A DNA stretch of 64,000 nt from Dehalococcoidia bacterium (lineage in GTDB: Bacteria; Chloroflexota; Dehalococcoidia; Lucifugimonadales; Australimonadaceae). Where the stretch lies: positions 2,269,360 through 2,333,359 of the forward strand of contig OZ252105.1 in the NCBI GenBank assembly GCA_965248455.1, read 5' to 3'. This document shows positions 9,606 through 18,566 of the stretch, piece after piece. The position numbers were made by a program, and so were the translations under genes. Each line of letters starts with the position of its first letter. Position 1 is the first letter of the stretch. The notes under the pieces were generated by a model, which was not told where the DNA came from, did no database searches, and was given only the letters and a program-made list of their open reading frames with translations.

Positions 9606-9788
9606 ATGACAGCTAAGGGCGCCAAGGTTGCCGTCCACGTCCTACTGTTCCTGCTGGCGGTCGTCGTGTTCTATCTTGGATTGGGAGTGGGACTGCAGGT
9701 CAGCCCCATTCTGGGCACGTTTCTGTGGATCGCTGCCGCAGTGATAGCCGCGCTGAACCTGTTCTGGATCCTGCGGTCGCGCGGGTAA
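9606..9788 (+). CDS. Small two-TM membrane protein (60 aa), hypothetical
   Basis: MTAKGAKVAVHVLLFLLAVVVFYLGLGVGLQVSPILGTFLWIAAAVIAALNLFWILRSRG has two clear hydrophobic helices and a basic C-terminus. Confidence 0.4.
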   Translation: MTAKGAKVAVHVLLFLLAVVVFYLGLGVGLQVSPILGTFLWIAAAVIAALNLFWILRSRG

Positions 9789-10035
9789 TTCAGGATCCGA
9801 ACCCAAGCGCCGACTGCTTCCACCGAGGCCAGAGCGCTGGGCACGGCTGCATTGGTGGCGTTCGCTCCACCTCCTGCTCGGCGACCCAGCTCGGTCGGTG
9901 GCACTACCCCAAGCTTCACCTCGTTGCTGACTATGGTCCAGGAGACGCTGTCTCCCGGTACTGCCAAGGGAGCCTTTGCGTCTGCTATGGGTTCAGCGAC
10001 GAACAGTTCGCTCTCTCCTGAAATTCCCTGTGGCG

Positions 10036-10114
10036 TTACAATCACCGATGTCCACACGGCGGCGGCGAGGCCACACCAGCCTCCCGGCTGTCAACAACGT
10101 CGGTGGGAACTACA
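10036..10114 (+). mobile_element. About 80-bp terminal remnant of an IS481-family element (last codons of the transposase plus terminal inverted repeat)
   Basis: ttacaatcaccg...ccacacggcggc...tgtcaacaacgtcggtgggaactaca parallels the 3' end of the copy at 750-822 (YNHRRPHGG...). It is followed by the same tctagc flank. Confidence 0.7.
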
Positions 10115-10158
10115 TCTAGCAGGCGATCTCCGCCTGCGCGAGAAAAACGGAGGACGCT

Positions 10159-11241
10159 ATGGAAACGTGCAAAGCCGCCGTCGTGACCGGGTTCGGTGAT
10201 GCGACCGAGGTTCGCGATGTCCTCATGCCCGACCTCGAACCCGGAGGCATGCTGCTCCGGGTCGAGGCTGCAACGCTGTGCGGGACCGACGTGCACATCT
10301 GGCACGGAGGCCCTTCGCGCATGCTCCCCTACATACCGGGGCACGAAACGGCAGGCCGCATCGTCGCGATGAACGGAGCGCGGTGGGACGTCCAGGGCAG
10401 ACCTCTCCAGGAAGGAGACCGCGTCGTCTCCGCCTACCGGTTCTGCGGCCACTGCTTCTACTGCTCCATCGCGAATCAGCCGACGCTTTGCTCGGACAGC
10501 ATCCGATTCGGACGCGCGCGGGCCGACGAGCCGCCATACCTGTTGGGCGGCTGCGCGGAATACCACTACATCCCTCCCGGCACGGCCATCGTCTCCATCC
10601 CCGAGGAGGTCGCATCACCCCAGGCCGCCTCCGCCGCATGCGCCCTGCGCACAGTGATGCACGGATTCGAGCGGCTCGGGGCATTGCGCAGCTACGACAC
10701 GGTCGTCGTCCAGGGGTCGGGGCCCGTCGGTCTCTACGCGTCGGCAGTAGCCCGGGATCGCGGCGCGGGCCGTGTACTGGTTATCGGGGCGCCGCGCGCC
10801 AGGCTGGAAGTCGCTGAAGCGTGGGGCGCCGACGAAACGCTGGACATCACAGAGGCCCCCGAGGCTGAAGCGCGAAACGCCTGGGTGCTGGACCGCACAT
10901 CAGGCCGAGGGGCGGATGTCGTCATCCAATGCGTTTCCGCCGCCGTCATCCCCGAAGGCTTGGGTTTCCTGCGACCTGGAGGACGCTATCTCTCCATCGG
11001 AGGCGGGGGCGGTCCGATCTCGCTCCCGGGCTTCGGACAGCAGGTCACCATCGTCAGCGTCCGCTCCGGCGAGGGGCGCCACTACCACCAGGCGCTGGAG
11101 TTCCTGCGGATCCGCCGTGACTCGGTTCCGTTCGAACGGCTCCTTTCAGGAACCTATCCGCTGGAGCAGACCGCCGACGCCCTCCATGCGATGGCCGACT
11201 TCCGAGAGGTCAAGGCCGTCATCCTCCCCCACGGAGGCTAG
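10159..11241 (+). CDS. Zinc-dependent medium-chain alcohol dehydrogenase family oxidoreductase
   Basis: 360-aa ORF with GHETAGRIV (catalytic Zn), the CGHCFYC structural Zn cluster and the VQGSGPVGL NAD(P)-binding motif. Confidence 0.85.
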   Translation: METCKAAVVTGFGDATEVRDVLMPDLEPGGMLLRVEAATLCGTDVHIWHGGPSRMLPYIPGHETAGRIVAMNGARWDVQGRPLQEGDRVVSAYRFCGHCFYCSIANQPTLCSDSIRFGRARADEPPYLLGGCAEYHYIPPGTAIVSIPEEVASPQAASAACALRTVMHGFERLGALRSYDTVVVQGSGPVGLYASAVARDRGAGRVLVIGAPRARLEVAEAWGADETLDITEAPEAEARNAWVLDRTSGRGADVVIQCVSAAVIPEGLGFLRPGGRYLSIGGGGGPISLPGFGQQVTIVSVRSGEGRHYHQALEFLRIRRDSVPFERLLSGTYPLEQTADALHAMADFREVKAVILPHGG

Positions 11242-11619
11242 CGGAGGGCGTTACCACTTGTCCGGCGGGCAGCCGTGCTCGCGAGTAGCGGGGAGCCGCC
11301 ACGAGCCGGGCCATGATGTAGAGCTCGCGAGGAGACGACACGGCCCTGAAAAGACAGTGAACAGAGGTTCTCGCTTGGGCGCAGATGGTGGGCCTTTCGC
11401 GAGCCGCTTCAACGGCCAGTACCGCGATTTCGGCTGGGTCCTCTGCCCCACCTTCTGTCTGCCGTGTTCAACCAGGAGGTCATGGCCATGCCGCATTCCC
11501 AGACAGACAAACCCGTTGTGCGGGTGTCGTTCGAAGGAGAGGCAACGAGCGTTCCCGCCTTGGGGAGCGCGTGGAAGTCGAGTTGGAAGAACTAGAGAAG
11601 AGCCGGAAAGGAGAGAGCC

Positions 11620-11931
11620 ATGAGTGTTGTGAAGATAAATGCCATAACCCCCGCTGAGGGAGGAGGCCCGGAACTGGAGGCGCGCTTTGGCAACCGCGTA
11701 CGCGAAGTGGAGCACATGGAAGGCTTTGAGGGCTTCGAGCTACTCCGCCCCGTGGAAGGAGAGACCCGCTACTACGTCTACACGCGCTGGCGCTCCGAGG
11801 AGGACTTCCAGCGCTGGGTGAACAGCGACGAGTTCCGCCGCGGCCACGCAAAGACGGATGGTGAAAAACCGGCCGCAACGCATGCCACGCTGCTCTCGTT
11901 CGAAGTCGTGGAGTGGCCTGCTGCGGTTTGA
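11620..11931 (+). CDS. Antibiotic-biosynthesis-monooxygenase (ABM) domain protein, heme-degrading MhuD/IsdG-like
   Basis: 103-aa ORF preceded by GGAGAG. The pattern MSVVKINAI...FELLRPVEGETRYYVYTRWRSEEDFQRWVNSDEFRRGH is typical of ABM-family proteins. Confidence 0.7.
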   Translation: MSVVKINAITPAEGGGPELEARFGNRVREVEHMEGFEGFELLRPVEGETRYYVYTRWRSEEDFQRWVNSDEFRRGHAKTDGEKPAATHATLLSFEVVEWPAAV

Positions 11932-12127
11932 GCGGCTAGAGAAGTGGCCAAAGAGCACGCAGAGACAATACCCGGTTCAGGAAGGAGAAACACGCATGAC
12001 GTCTTCGCCCCACATCACCCCCGGCCTCAGCCCCGCGCAGGCGTCCGCCACCCCGCGTCGTCGAAGTGCGGCGCGTCACCCCGGCTCCACCGCCTGGGTT
12101 ATGAGTTCGGTAACGCTTGGGCGCAAA

Positions 12128-12204
12128 TGGTGGCGCATACGGGATTCGAACCCGTGATCTTCGCCTTGAGAGGGCGATGTCCTTGGCCGCTAGACGAATG
12201 CGCC
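12128..12204 (-). tRNA. tRNA-Glu (anticodon CUC)
   Basis: Manual cloverleaf: acceptor GGCGCAT/ATGCGCC, D stem GTCT/GGAC, anticodon stem TCGCC/GGCGA with loop CTCTCAA, T arm ACGGG-TTCGAAT-CCCGT, encoded CCA. Confidence 0.9.
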
Positions 12205-12361
12205 ACGCAAAGAGATGGCCGCGGCCTGGCCGTTGCTCAGTATACCACCCGCGCCCGCCTGAGCGTGCCTCTGCCCTCGTCTTCGACGCCTGACGGTCGA
12301 AATGGGACGACCGCGCGGGTATGATGCGCGTGCCTACACTACCCGTGGAGCCGAACCCCGC

Positions 12362-14026
12362 ATGACGACCACCAGACTCGACATCATCACGTTCGAGGTG
12401 ATGAGCGCCCGCCTCGATGGCATCGTCCGCGAGATGGAGAACGCCGTCTTCCGCACGGGCTTCTCCACCATCGTGCGCGAGTCCCACGACTTCAGCTGCG
12501 GACTGCTCGACGCCACGGGACGCCTCGTCGCGCGCGGGTCGCATCCGGGGCACATGGGCGGTCTGCCCGCGTCCATCCAGGGCCTCTTCGAGTTCCATGC
12601 GCCTGCCGACATGCGCGAGGGCGATGCGTTCCTCGCCAGCCACCCGTACCACAGCGGCTGTCCGCATGCCAACGACATGGTCGTTATGACGCCCATCTTC
12701 GCCGACGGCGAGCTGATCGCTTTCGCCGCGAGCATCGGCCATACGCCCGATACGGGAGGCGTCGCTGCCGGTACGCGCAACGCGACGGCGCGCGACCTGT
12801 TCGGCGAGGGCCTGCTGATTCCCCCGGTGCGCTTCATGCGTGACTATCGCATCGAGCAGGACACCGCCGCCTTCGTGCGTGCCAACAGCCGAGTCCCCAA
12901 CATGATGATCGGCGACCTTACCGCGAAGGCTGGCGTCTGCCACACGATAGGCGAGGCCCGCCTGCACGAGCTGATCGCCGCCTACGGACGCAGCGCGCTT
13001 ACGCAGCAGTTCGAGCAGGCAGGTACGCGCACCGCCCACCGCGCCCGCGAGCAGCTTGCCGCGTGGCCGGACGGCGTGAGCGAGGTCGAGGCGTGGGTGG
13101 ACGACCCCAGCGCCGGCGAGTCCATCCGCATGCACGTCGCGGCCATCAAGGAGGGCGAGCATCTCGTCCTCGACTTCTCCGGCACCGGCGACCAGGCCAC
13201 CTCGCCGATCAACCTCCGCCCGTCGTTCGTCGAGGGGCTCGCGCGCAACATGGCCATCCGCCTGACGGATCGGCACATCCCACTGAACCACGGCATGGCG
13301 GAGGTGGTGGAGTGCCGCTTCCGTCACGGCAGCCTGCTCGACCCCGCATTCCCGGGGCCGGTGGGCTTCTACTCCAAGACGCTCGCGCTTGCCGAAAGCG
13401 TCATCGGCGCCGTGATGGCGAAGGCGTCCGGCAGGCCCGCGCTCGCGCACATCGCGACCCAGAGCTCCATCGTCGTGGGCTACTCCGGAGGCGGCAGCCG
13501 TCAGTACGTGCAGTACGAGCTGATGTACGCGGGCGCGCCGGGGTGGGACGGCGGAGACGGTTTCAGCGGCGTCGGCTCCCGTGCAAGCTACGGCGCGAAG
13601 TTCACCAGCGTCGAGGTCATCGAGTCGGAGTTCCCGGTGCAGATGACGCGGTTCGAGGTGCTCCCTGACTCCGGCGGAGACGGCATGTTCCGAGGAGGCC
13701 CCGGCTACGTGCGAGAGTACAGCGTGAGTGCGCCGGGTCGCCTCTCCGGCGGCGCGGCGCGTCGAGAGGCCGCTGGTGTCGAGGGCGGCAGCGACGGACG
13801 CAACGCCTACGTCGTCGTGCACCCAGGCACGGAGCGCGAACAGCGGTACCCCGGCATCGTCTCGAACGTAGGCTTGGAGCCGGGCGACGTCTTCCGCATC
13901 GAGACGGGAGGCGGAGGCGGCGTGCTGCCTCCTGCCCAGCGCGACCCCTCCCGCGTAGCCTCGGACGTCGAGGACGGCATCGTCAGCCCGGCCAAGGCGC
14001 GTGAGGTCTACGGCGTAAGTGAGTAG
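12362..14026 (+). CDS. Hydantoinase B / oxoprolinase family protein (HyuB-like)
   Basis: The N-terminus MTTTRLDIITFEVMSARLDGIVREMENAVFRTGFSTIVRESHDFSCGLLD is the family hallmark. I chose ATG 12362 rather than the upstream track start at 12302. Confidence 0.85.
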   Translation: MTTTRLDIITFEVMSARLDGIVREMENAVFRTGFSTIVRESHDFSCGLLDATGRLVARGSHPGHMGGLPASIQGLFEFHAPADMREGDAFLASHPYHSGCPHANDMVVMTPIFADGELIAFAASIGHTPDTGGVAAGTRNATARDLFGEGLLIPPVRFMRDYRIEQDTAAFVRANSRVPNMMIGDLTAKAGVCHTIGEARLHELIAAYGRSALTQQFEQAGTRTAHRAREQLAAWPDGVSEVEAWVDDPSAGESIRMHVAAIKEGEHLVLDFSGTGDQATSPINLRPSFVEGLARNMAIRLTDRHIPLNHGMAEVVECRFRHGSLLDPAFPGPVGFYSKTLALAESVIGAVMAKASGRPALAHIATQSSIVVGYSGGGSRQYVQYELMYAGAPGWDGGDGFSGVGSRASYGAKFTSVEVIESEFPVQMTRFEVLPDSGGDGMFRGGPGYVREYSVSAPGRLSGGAARREAAGVEGGSDGRNAYVVVHPGTEREQRYPGIVSNVGLEPGDVFRIETGGGGGVLPPAQRDPSRVASDVEDGIVSPAKAREVYGVSE

Positions 14027-14092
14027 CCCCAGGATGCGGGCGAGCGTCTCCGAGTGCTACCGTAGTCCCTGAACCTAGCCAGGAGGCCCAGC

Positions 14093-15019
14093 GTGGAGAC
14101 CGAGCAGATATTCCCCGGCGTGTGGGAGTTCCGCACCACCTACGGACGCGACACCGCCGAACTCTTCACTGACGGCGCGATGCCGCACGCGGCATGGTTC
14201 GTCGCGGGCGAGCACCCCACCATCCTCGACCCCGGCCCTACGTCGATCGCCGAGGAGCTGCTCGACGCTATCCGCGCGCTCGGCCACGAAACGGACGACA
14301 TCGAGTGGATCGTGCCCTCGCACGTCCATATCGACCACGCGGGAGGCTGCGGCTGGCTCGTGCGCGAGTTGCCGCAGGCGAAGGCCGTCTTCCACACGCG
14401 CGGCGCGCCGTTCATGCGCGACACCTCCCGCCTCATCGCTGGAACCGCTGACGTCTTCGGCGAGACGTGGCAGGACGTTTTCGGCGAGCTTCTGCCCGTA
14501 CCGGACGACCGCCTCGTAACCGTGGAGGACGGCGACAGGCTGCAGATCGGAGGCAGCGGCTACCGCATCGTATTCATGCCGGGGCACTCGCTCGACCACA
14601 TAGGTGTCTACGACGAGGAGCGCGGCGCCCTCTACTGCGGCCACGGTCTCGGCAACTACAAGCCGCCGCGCTTCCTGCCGGATCCGCCGATGACGCTGCC
14701 GTACTTCGACGTGGACGCCAGCCTCGCCTCGATACGAAAGGCGCGCGAGCTTGCGCCGAAGTACCTGCTGCCGGTGCACTCCGGGTTCCTGGCGTCCAAC
14801 CCCGCGTTCGCCATAGACGCAGTGGAGCGCATAACGGTCGAGATCGGAGAGATCGTGAAGCAGGGCATGGCCGACGGCAAGAGCGAGGCGCAGATGGAGG
14901 ATGACGTGCGCCGCCACCTGTTCGCCGACCCCGCGAAGGCCGACCGCTCCTACATGCCGGTCGTCATATCCTACGTCCGTTACTATGAACGTCAGGCGCG
15001 GAGGGCGCAGCAGGCGTAG
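14093..15019 (+). CDS. MBL-fold metallo-hydrolase
   Basis: 308-aa ORF with the metal-binding SHVHIDHAGG motif (HxHxDH). Confidence 0.8.
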   Translation: METEQIFPGVWEFRTTYGRDTAELFTDGAMPHAAWFVAGEHPTILDPGPTSIAEELLDAIRALGHETDDIEWIVPSHVHIDHAGGCGWLVRELPQAKAVFHTRGAPFMRDTSRLIAGTADVFGETWQDVFGELLPVPDDRLVTVEDGDRLQIGGSGYRIVFMPGHSLDHIGVYDEERGALYCGHGLGNYKPPRFLPDPPMTLPYFDVDASLASIRKARELAPKYLLPVHSGFLASNPAFAIDAVERITVEIGEIVKQGMADGKSEAQMEDDVRRHLFADPAKADRSYMPVVISYVRYYERQARRAQQA

Positions 15020-15076
15020 GCCTCGCCTCGCAACAACGTCCCGCCGCGCTCAAACAACCATAAGGAGAATCTCGCC

Positions 15077-15562
15077 ATGCCCTCATTCGATGTCGTATCC
15101 AAAGTCGATATGGCCGAGGTTGATAACGCCATCAACGGCGTCAAGCGCGAAACGCAGCAACGGTTCGACCTGAAAGGGACGAAGGCAGGCGCCGAACGTG
15201 CCGATGGTGTGCTGACCGTTACCGCGGAAAGCGAGATGCAACTCCGGCAGATGCACGAGCTGCTGCATACGTACTTCGCCCGGCGCAACGTGGACAGCCG
15301 CGCGTTGGAGTTCAAGACGCCGGAGAAGGCAACCGGCAGCAGCCTGAGGCAGCAGGTAACGATCCGCCAGGGCCTCGACGCGGACCTGGGTCGCAAGATC
15401 GTGAAGGCGGTGAAGGGCACGAAGCTGCGGGTGCAAGTCTCGATTCAGGGCGACGAACTGCGCGTATCAGGCAAGAAGCGCGACGACCTGCAGGAAGCCA
15501 TCGCCTTCATCAAAGAGCTGGGCATCGAGCAGCCCCTCCAGTACGTCAACTTCCGCGAGTAG
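15077..15562 (+). CDS. yajQ: YajQ family nucleotide (c-di-GMP)-binding protein (UPF0234)
   Basis: 161-aa ORF starting MPSFDVVSKVDMAEVDNAINGVKRE, ending QYVNFRE, with family-typical length. Confidence 0.85.
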   Translation: MPSFDVVSKVDMAEVDNAINGVKRETQQRFDLKGTKAGAERADGVLTVTAESEMQLRQMHELLHTYFARRNVDSRALEFKTPEKATGSSLRQQVTIRQGLDADLGRKIVKAVKGTKLRVQVSIQGDELRVSGKKRDDLQEAIAFIKELGIEQPLQYVNFRE

Positions 15563-15569
15563 CCTCCCC

Positions 15570-15604
15570 CGTCGCTCCCGCGCAGGCGGGAGCCTCGCAT
15601 CCCC
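15570..15604. repeat. Solo REP-like GC hairpin unit between convergent genes (possible bidirectional terminator)
   Basis: The unit is cgtcgctcccgcgcaggcgggagcctcgcatcccc, with stem 15574-15581 / 15586-15593. The same unit recurs at 27748, 28107, 39232, 39342, 43808 and 45699, with a degenerate copy at 10123. Confidence 0.7.
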
Positions 15605-15637
15605 TGGCTTGGAGGGTTGTCGCCCCCTCCCTCGCTC

Positions 15638-16048
15638 TCACTCCTCGCTGACCCACGTGATGAGGCGCTCAGGCGTGAACCGCAGCAGGACGGAGGAGTC
15701 GTCCAGCGTCTCGTCGAGAAAATCCTCAGCCGCCTGCCCCTGCATGTACCGTTCCGTGATGGCGCGCGCGGCCTCGGCCACGCCGTCGCGAGCGATTACG
15801 GCGCGGCCTTCCGCGGTAACGTAGGCGTACGGAGCATCGTGCGGAGCGATCGAGATTACCACGCGGCTGTCGCGCTCGATGTTCCGCACACGCCGAAACG
15901 TTCGGCTCGTGTAGACGATAAAATCGCCGTCGGCGAACTGATACCAGACCGGCGCAACCTCCGGCGAGCCGTCCGCTCTGAGCGTGACGAAACTCGCCAC
16001 GAGCGGACGCTCGAGGAATGCCGCCATCTCCTCGTAGCTCATGCGCAT
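15638..16048 (-). CDS. Pyridoxamine 5'-phosphate oxidase (PPOX) family / F420-dependent-class small oxidoreductase
   Basis: 136-aa ORF. The pattern FVTLRADGSPEVAPVWYQFADGDFIVYTSRTFRRVRNIERDSRV is typical of the split-barrel PPOX class. Confidence 0.7.
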   Translation of the reverse strand: MRMSYEEMAAFLERPLVASFVTLRADGSPEVAPVWYQFADGDFIVYTSRTFRRVRNIERDSRVVISIAPHDAPYAYVTAEGRAVIARDGVAEAARAITERYMQGQAAEDFLDETLDDSSVLLRFTPERLITWVSEE

Positions 16049-16050
16049 CG

Positions 16051-16869
16051 TTACACCGTTACCGTCTGCCCGCCGTCCACGACGAGCGCGTGGCCTGTAA
16101 CGAACGACGATTCGGACGACGCCAGGAAGAGGACGCAGTACGCGACCTCCTCCGGCTGCCCCATGCGGTGGAGCCCTGGGATGCCCTCGCTGCTCGCGAC
16201 CCGCTGCGCGTCATCGAGCGGGCGAGGCCGAGGCGGGAACTCGCGCACGCGGTTGGTGTCGATGGGGCCGGGGCAGACGCAGTTCACGCGCACGCCGGGG
16301 CCGTAGTCGATGGCCAGCTGACGCGTGAGGTTGACGAGTGCAGCCTTCGTGGCGCTGTACGACGGATAGCGCGGGCTGGCGATGATGCCGAAGCTCGACG
16401 CGGTGATGACGATGTTGCCTTTGCCCTCTGCCATGAAGTGGGGCAGGGCGGCGCGCACCCCGTGATAGACGCCCTTGAGGTTCAGGTTCACGACGTGGTC
16501 CCATGCCTCATCGGACATCTCGTGGATCATCTGGCGAACCCCGGTGCCCGCATTCAGAAAGATCACGTCGAGCCCGCCGAAGCGGCTTATCGCCGTGGCG
16601 ACCATCTCCTCGCAGACGGCCTTCTGCGAAACGTCGCCGAGCAGGAAGAGGGCCTCGCCGCCATCTGACTCGATGAGCTTGTCGATGCGAGGCTCGCCGC
16701 GTTCAGCGATGTCCACGCAGACCACCTTGGCGCCCTCGCGAGCGAACAGCCGGGCGGTCGCCCTGCCGATACCGCTGTCGGCTGCCGTCACGATAGCAAC
16801 CTGCCCCGTGAGTCGTCCCCTCCCCGCGCCCATACGCGAGTGCTCGCCCTCATGCGTCGTCGTCATCAA
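16051..16869 (-). CDS. SDR family oxidoreductase
   Basis: VAIVTAADSGIGRA (TGxxxGxG-type motif), NAG, and the catalytic YSATKAA. The true start may be the internal Met before GAGRGRLTGQ. Confidence 0.85.
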   Translation of the reverse strand: MMTTTHEGEHSRMGAGRGRLTGQVAIVTAADSGIGRATARLFAREGAKVVCVDIAERGEPRIDKLIESDGGEALFLLGDVSQKAVCEEMVATAISRFGGLDVIFLNAGTGVRQMIHEMSDEAWDHVVNLNLKGVYHGVRAALPHFMAEGKGNIVITASSFGIIASPRYPSYSATKAALVNLTRQLAIDYGPGVRVNCVCPGPIDTNRVREFPPRPRPLDDAQRVASSEGIPGLHRMGQPEEVAYCVLFLASSESSFVTGHALVVDGGQTVTV

Positions 16870-17046
16870 TCCCTCCTCCCGATGCGGGATAAGCGGAGTG
16901 TAGCGCGTGAGCGCCCGGAACGCCCGCCCGCGATGGAGGGGTGGGCTTGGGGGGGGGGGGTGAACACTACTGTTCCCATAGTAATCTGTAGCACTACATA
17001 CTACAATGAGAGCATAGAGAGTCTGTTATGCCCAAGGCGATGGTGA

Positions 17047-17340
17047 GCGCGCATCTTTACCTACAAGCGGCTGCGCGAGTTCTGGGAACGTCACCCCGAT
17101 GCAAAACAACCTCTGGTTGCCTGGTACCGAGACGCGGAGAACGGAGACTGGGAAACCCCTGTCGCCGTCAAGTCCCGGTACCCCAGTGCCAGCATCGTTG
17201 GGGACAGCCGCGTTGTCTTCAACATCAAGGGCAACGACTATCGGTTGGTGGTAGGCATAAATTACCCCTACCGGACGGTCTACATACGGTTCTTGGGCAC
17301 CCACGCCGAGTATGACAGGGTCAACGTAGAGGAGGTGTAG
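17047..17340 (+). pseudogene. higB: HigB-family (RelE-fold) toxin, start codon region disrupted
   Basis: The frame ending at TAG 17338-17340 reads RIFTYKRLREFWERHPDAKQPLVAWYRDAENGDWETP...RVVFNIKGNDYRLVVGINYPYRTVYIRFLGTHAEYDRVNVEEV, a HigB-toxin pattern. An in-frame TGA at 17044 leaves no ATG/GTG/TTG. ATG-GTG at 17040-17045 lies in the adjacent frame, so 1 nt in the gcgcgc run separates the two frames. Confidence 0.65.
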
Positions 17341-17342
17341 TC

Positions 17343-18566
17343 ATGGCCAACGTCAAGCCGATTCGGACCGAAGTGGACTACGATGCCGCAGTGGCCCGCA
17401 TCGGGGAGTTGATGGATGCGGGGCTGGATACGCCTGAAGGCGAGGAACTCGACCTTCTGGCGGATCTCGTCTTGTTGTACGAGTCGCAGCACATGGAGAA
17501 GGAGTTCCCCACTCCCATCGCCGCCATCGAGTTTCGCATGGATCAGGCAGGGCTGAGCCCTCGCGACCTCATCCCCTACATCGGCAGCCGCGCCAAGGTC
17601 TCAGAGGTGCTCTCTGGTAAGCGAGCGATCACCATGGCCATGGCCCGTGCGCTCCACCAGCATCTCGGCATCCCCGCCGGTGTCTTGCTCCAGGAGCCGG
17701 GCGTGGACATAGACGACTCGCTGGCCGGCATCAAGTGGACGCGGTTCCCGCTCAAGTCGATGGCGAAGCTGGGGTGGATTCCGAATGTCCCCGACCTGAA
17801 AGATCAGGCGGAGGAATTGATCCGCAGTCTGATCCGACGGGCTGGCGGGCAGCGAGTGGCCGTCGCCCCGCAGTTTCGCAAGAACGACCACTGCCGCCTG
17901 AACGCCAAGACGGACGCCTACGCCCTCAGGGCGTGGTGCTGGCGTGTGATGGCGCAGGCGCGGAACCGCGCCATGAACGTTGCCTACGAGCGCGGCACCG
18001 TCACTGAAACGTTCCTTCGGGATGTTGCCCTGCTCAGTACGTCGGACGATGGCCCTAGGCAAGCTAGGGACTTCCTGGCGGAGCAAGGCATCGGGTTCGA
18101 GTTCGTGCCTCCTCTGCCGAAGACCTACCTAGACGGCGCAGCCCTACGGCTGGCAGACGGAAGGCCGGTGATAGGCCTGACCCTCCGGTATGACCGGATC
18201 GACAACTTCTGGTTCACGCTGCTCCACGAGTTAGCACACCTCGGTCTGCACCTAGATACCGACGAGGACGAACTCTTCACGGACGACCTCTCGCTCCGCA
18301 ACGGAGAGGGGGATTCCGCCGACCCCAAGGAGGCTCAGGCCGATGCGTGGGCCCAGGAGGCCTTGATTCCCCAAGCCGTCTGGGAGACCAGCGGAGTCCG
18401 TGAAGGGCCGACGCCGATGGCCGTCATCGATGTAGCCTACGAACTGAAAATCCACCCCGCAATCATCGCTGGCCGCATCCGCTACGAAACCGGCAACTAT
18501 CGCCTGCTGTCTCAGTTCGTCGGAACCGGCAACGTCAGGCGGCAGTTCGAAGTTGGAGTAGACTGA
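17343..18566 (+). CDS. HigA-type XRE-HTH antitoxin fused to an ImmA/IrrE zinc-metallopeptidase domain
   Basis: 407-aa ORF. The N-terminal part (IAAIEFRMDQAGLSPRDLIPYIGSRAKVSEVLSGKRAITMAMARAL) is HigA-like. The C-terminal part carries the FTLLHELAHLGLH HEXXH motif. A GAGGAGG ribosome-binding site lies inside the end of higB. Confidence 0.8.
   Translation: MANVKPIRTEVDYDAAVARIGELMDAGLDTPEGEELDLLADLVLLYESQHMEKEFPTPIAAIEFRMDQAGLSPRDLIPYIGSRAKVSEVLSGKRAITMAMARALHQHLGIPAGVLLQEPGVDIDDSLAGIKWTRFPLKSMAKLGWIPNVPDLKDQAEELIRSLIRRAGGQRVAVAPQFRKNDHCRLNAKTDAYALRAWCWRVMAQARNRAMNVAYERGTVTETFLRDVALLSTSDDGPRQARDFLAEQGIGFEFVPPLPKTYLDGAALRLADGRPVIGLTLRYDRIDNFWFTLLHELAHLGLHLDTDEDELFTDDLSLRNGEGDSADPKEAQADAWAQEALIPQAVWETSGVREGPTPMAVIDVAYELKIHPAIIAGRIRYETGNYRLLSQFVGTGNVRRQFEVGVD

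Noticed and set aside
11936-13822. Very long ORFs on the strand opposite to, or out of frame with, well-supported genes. Examples: 628 aa at 11936-13822 (antisense to hyuB), 4503-5702, 5744-6847, 20087-20959, 22847-24550, 28589-29839, 33013-34221, 37271-38599, 47397-48707 and 61774-62976.
   Set aside because: Their translations are Arg/Ala/Gly/Pro-rich with no family motifs. Each overlaps a gene with clear motifs. Long stop-free antisense frames are expected at this GC content.
16900-16965. A direct repeat of the tRNA-Gln 3' end marking the far border of the HigB/ImmA/HAD island (att site).
   Set aside because: Only a weak resemblance exists (tgggcttgggg against ttggctgggga). No integrase gene is present, so I do not claim the island borders at base resolution.
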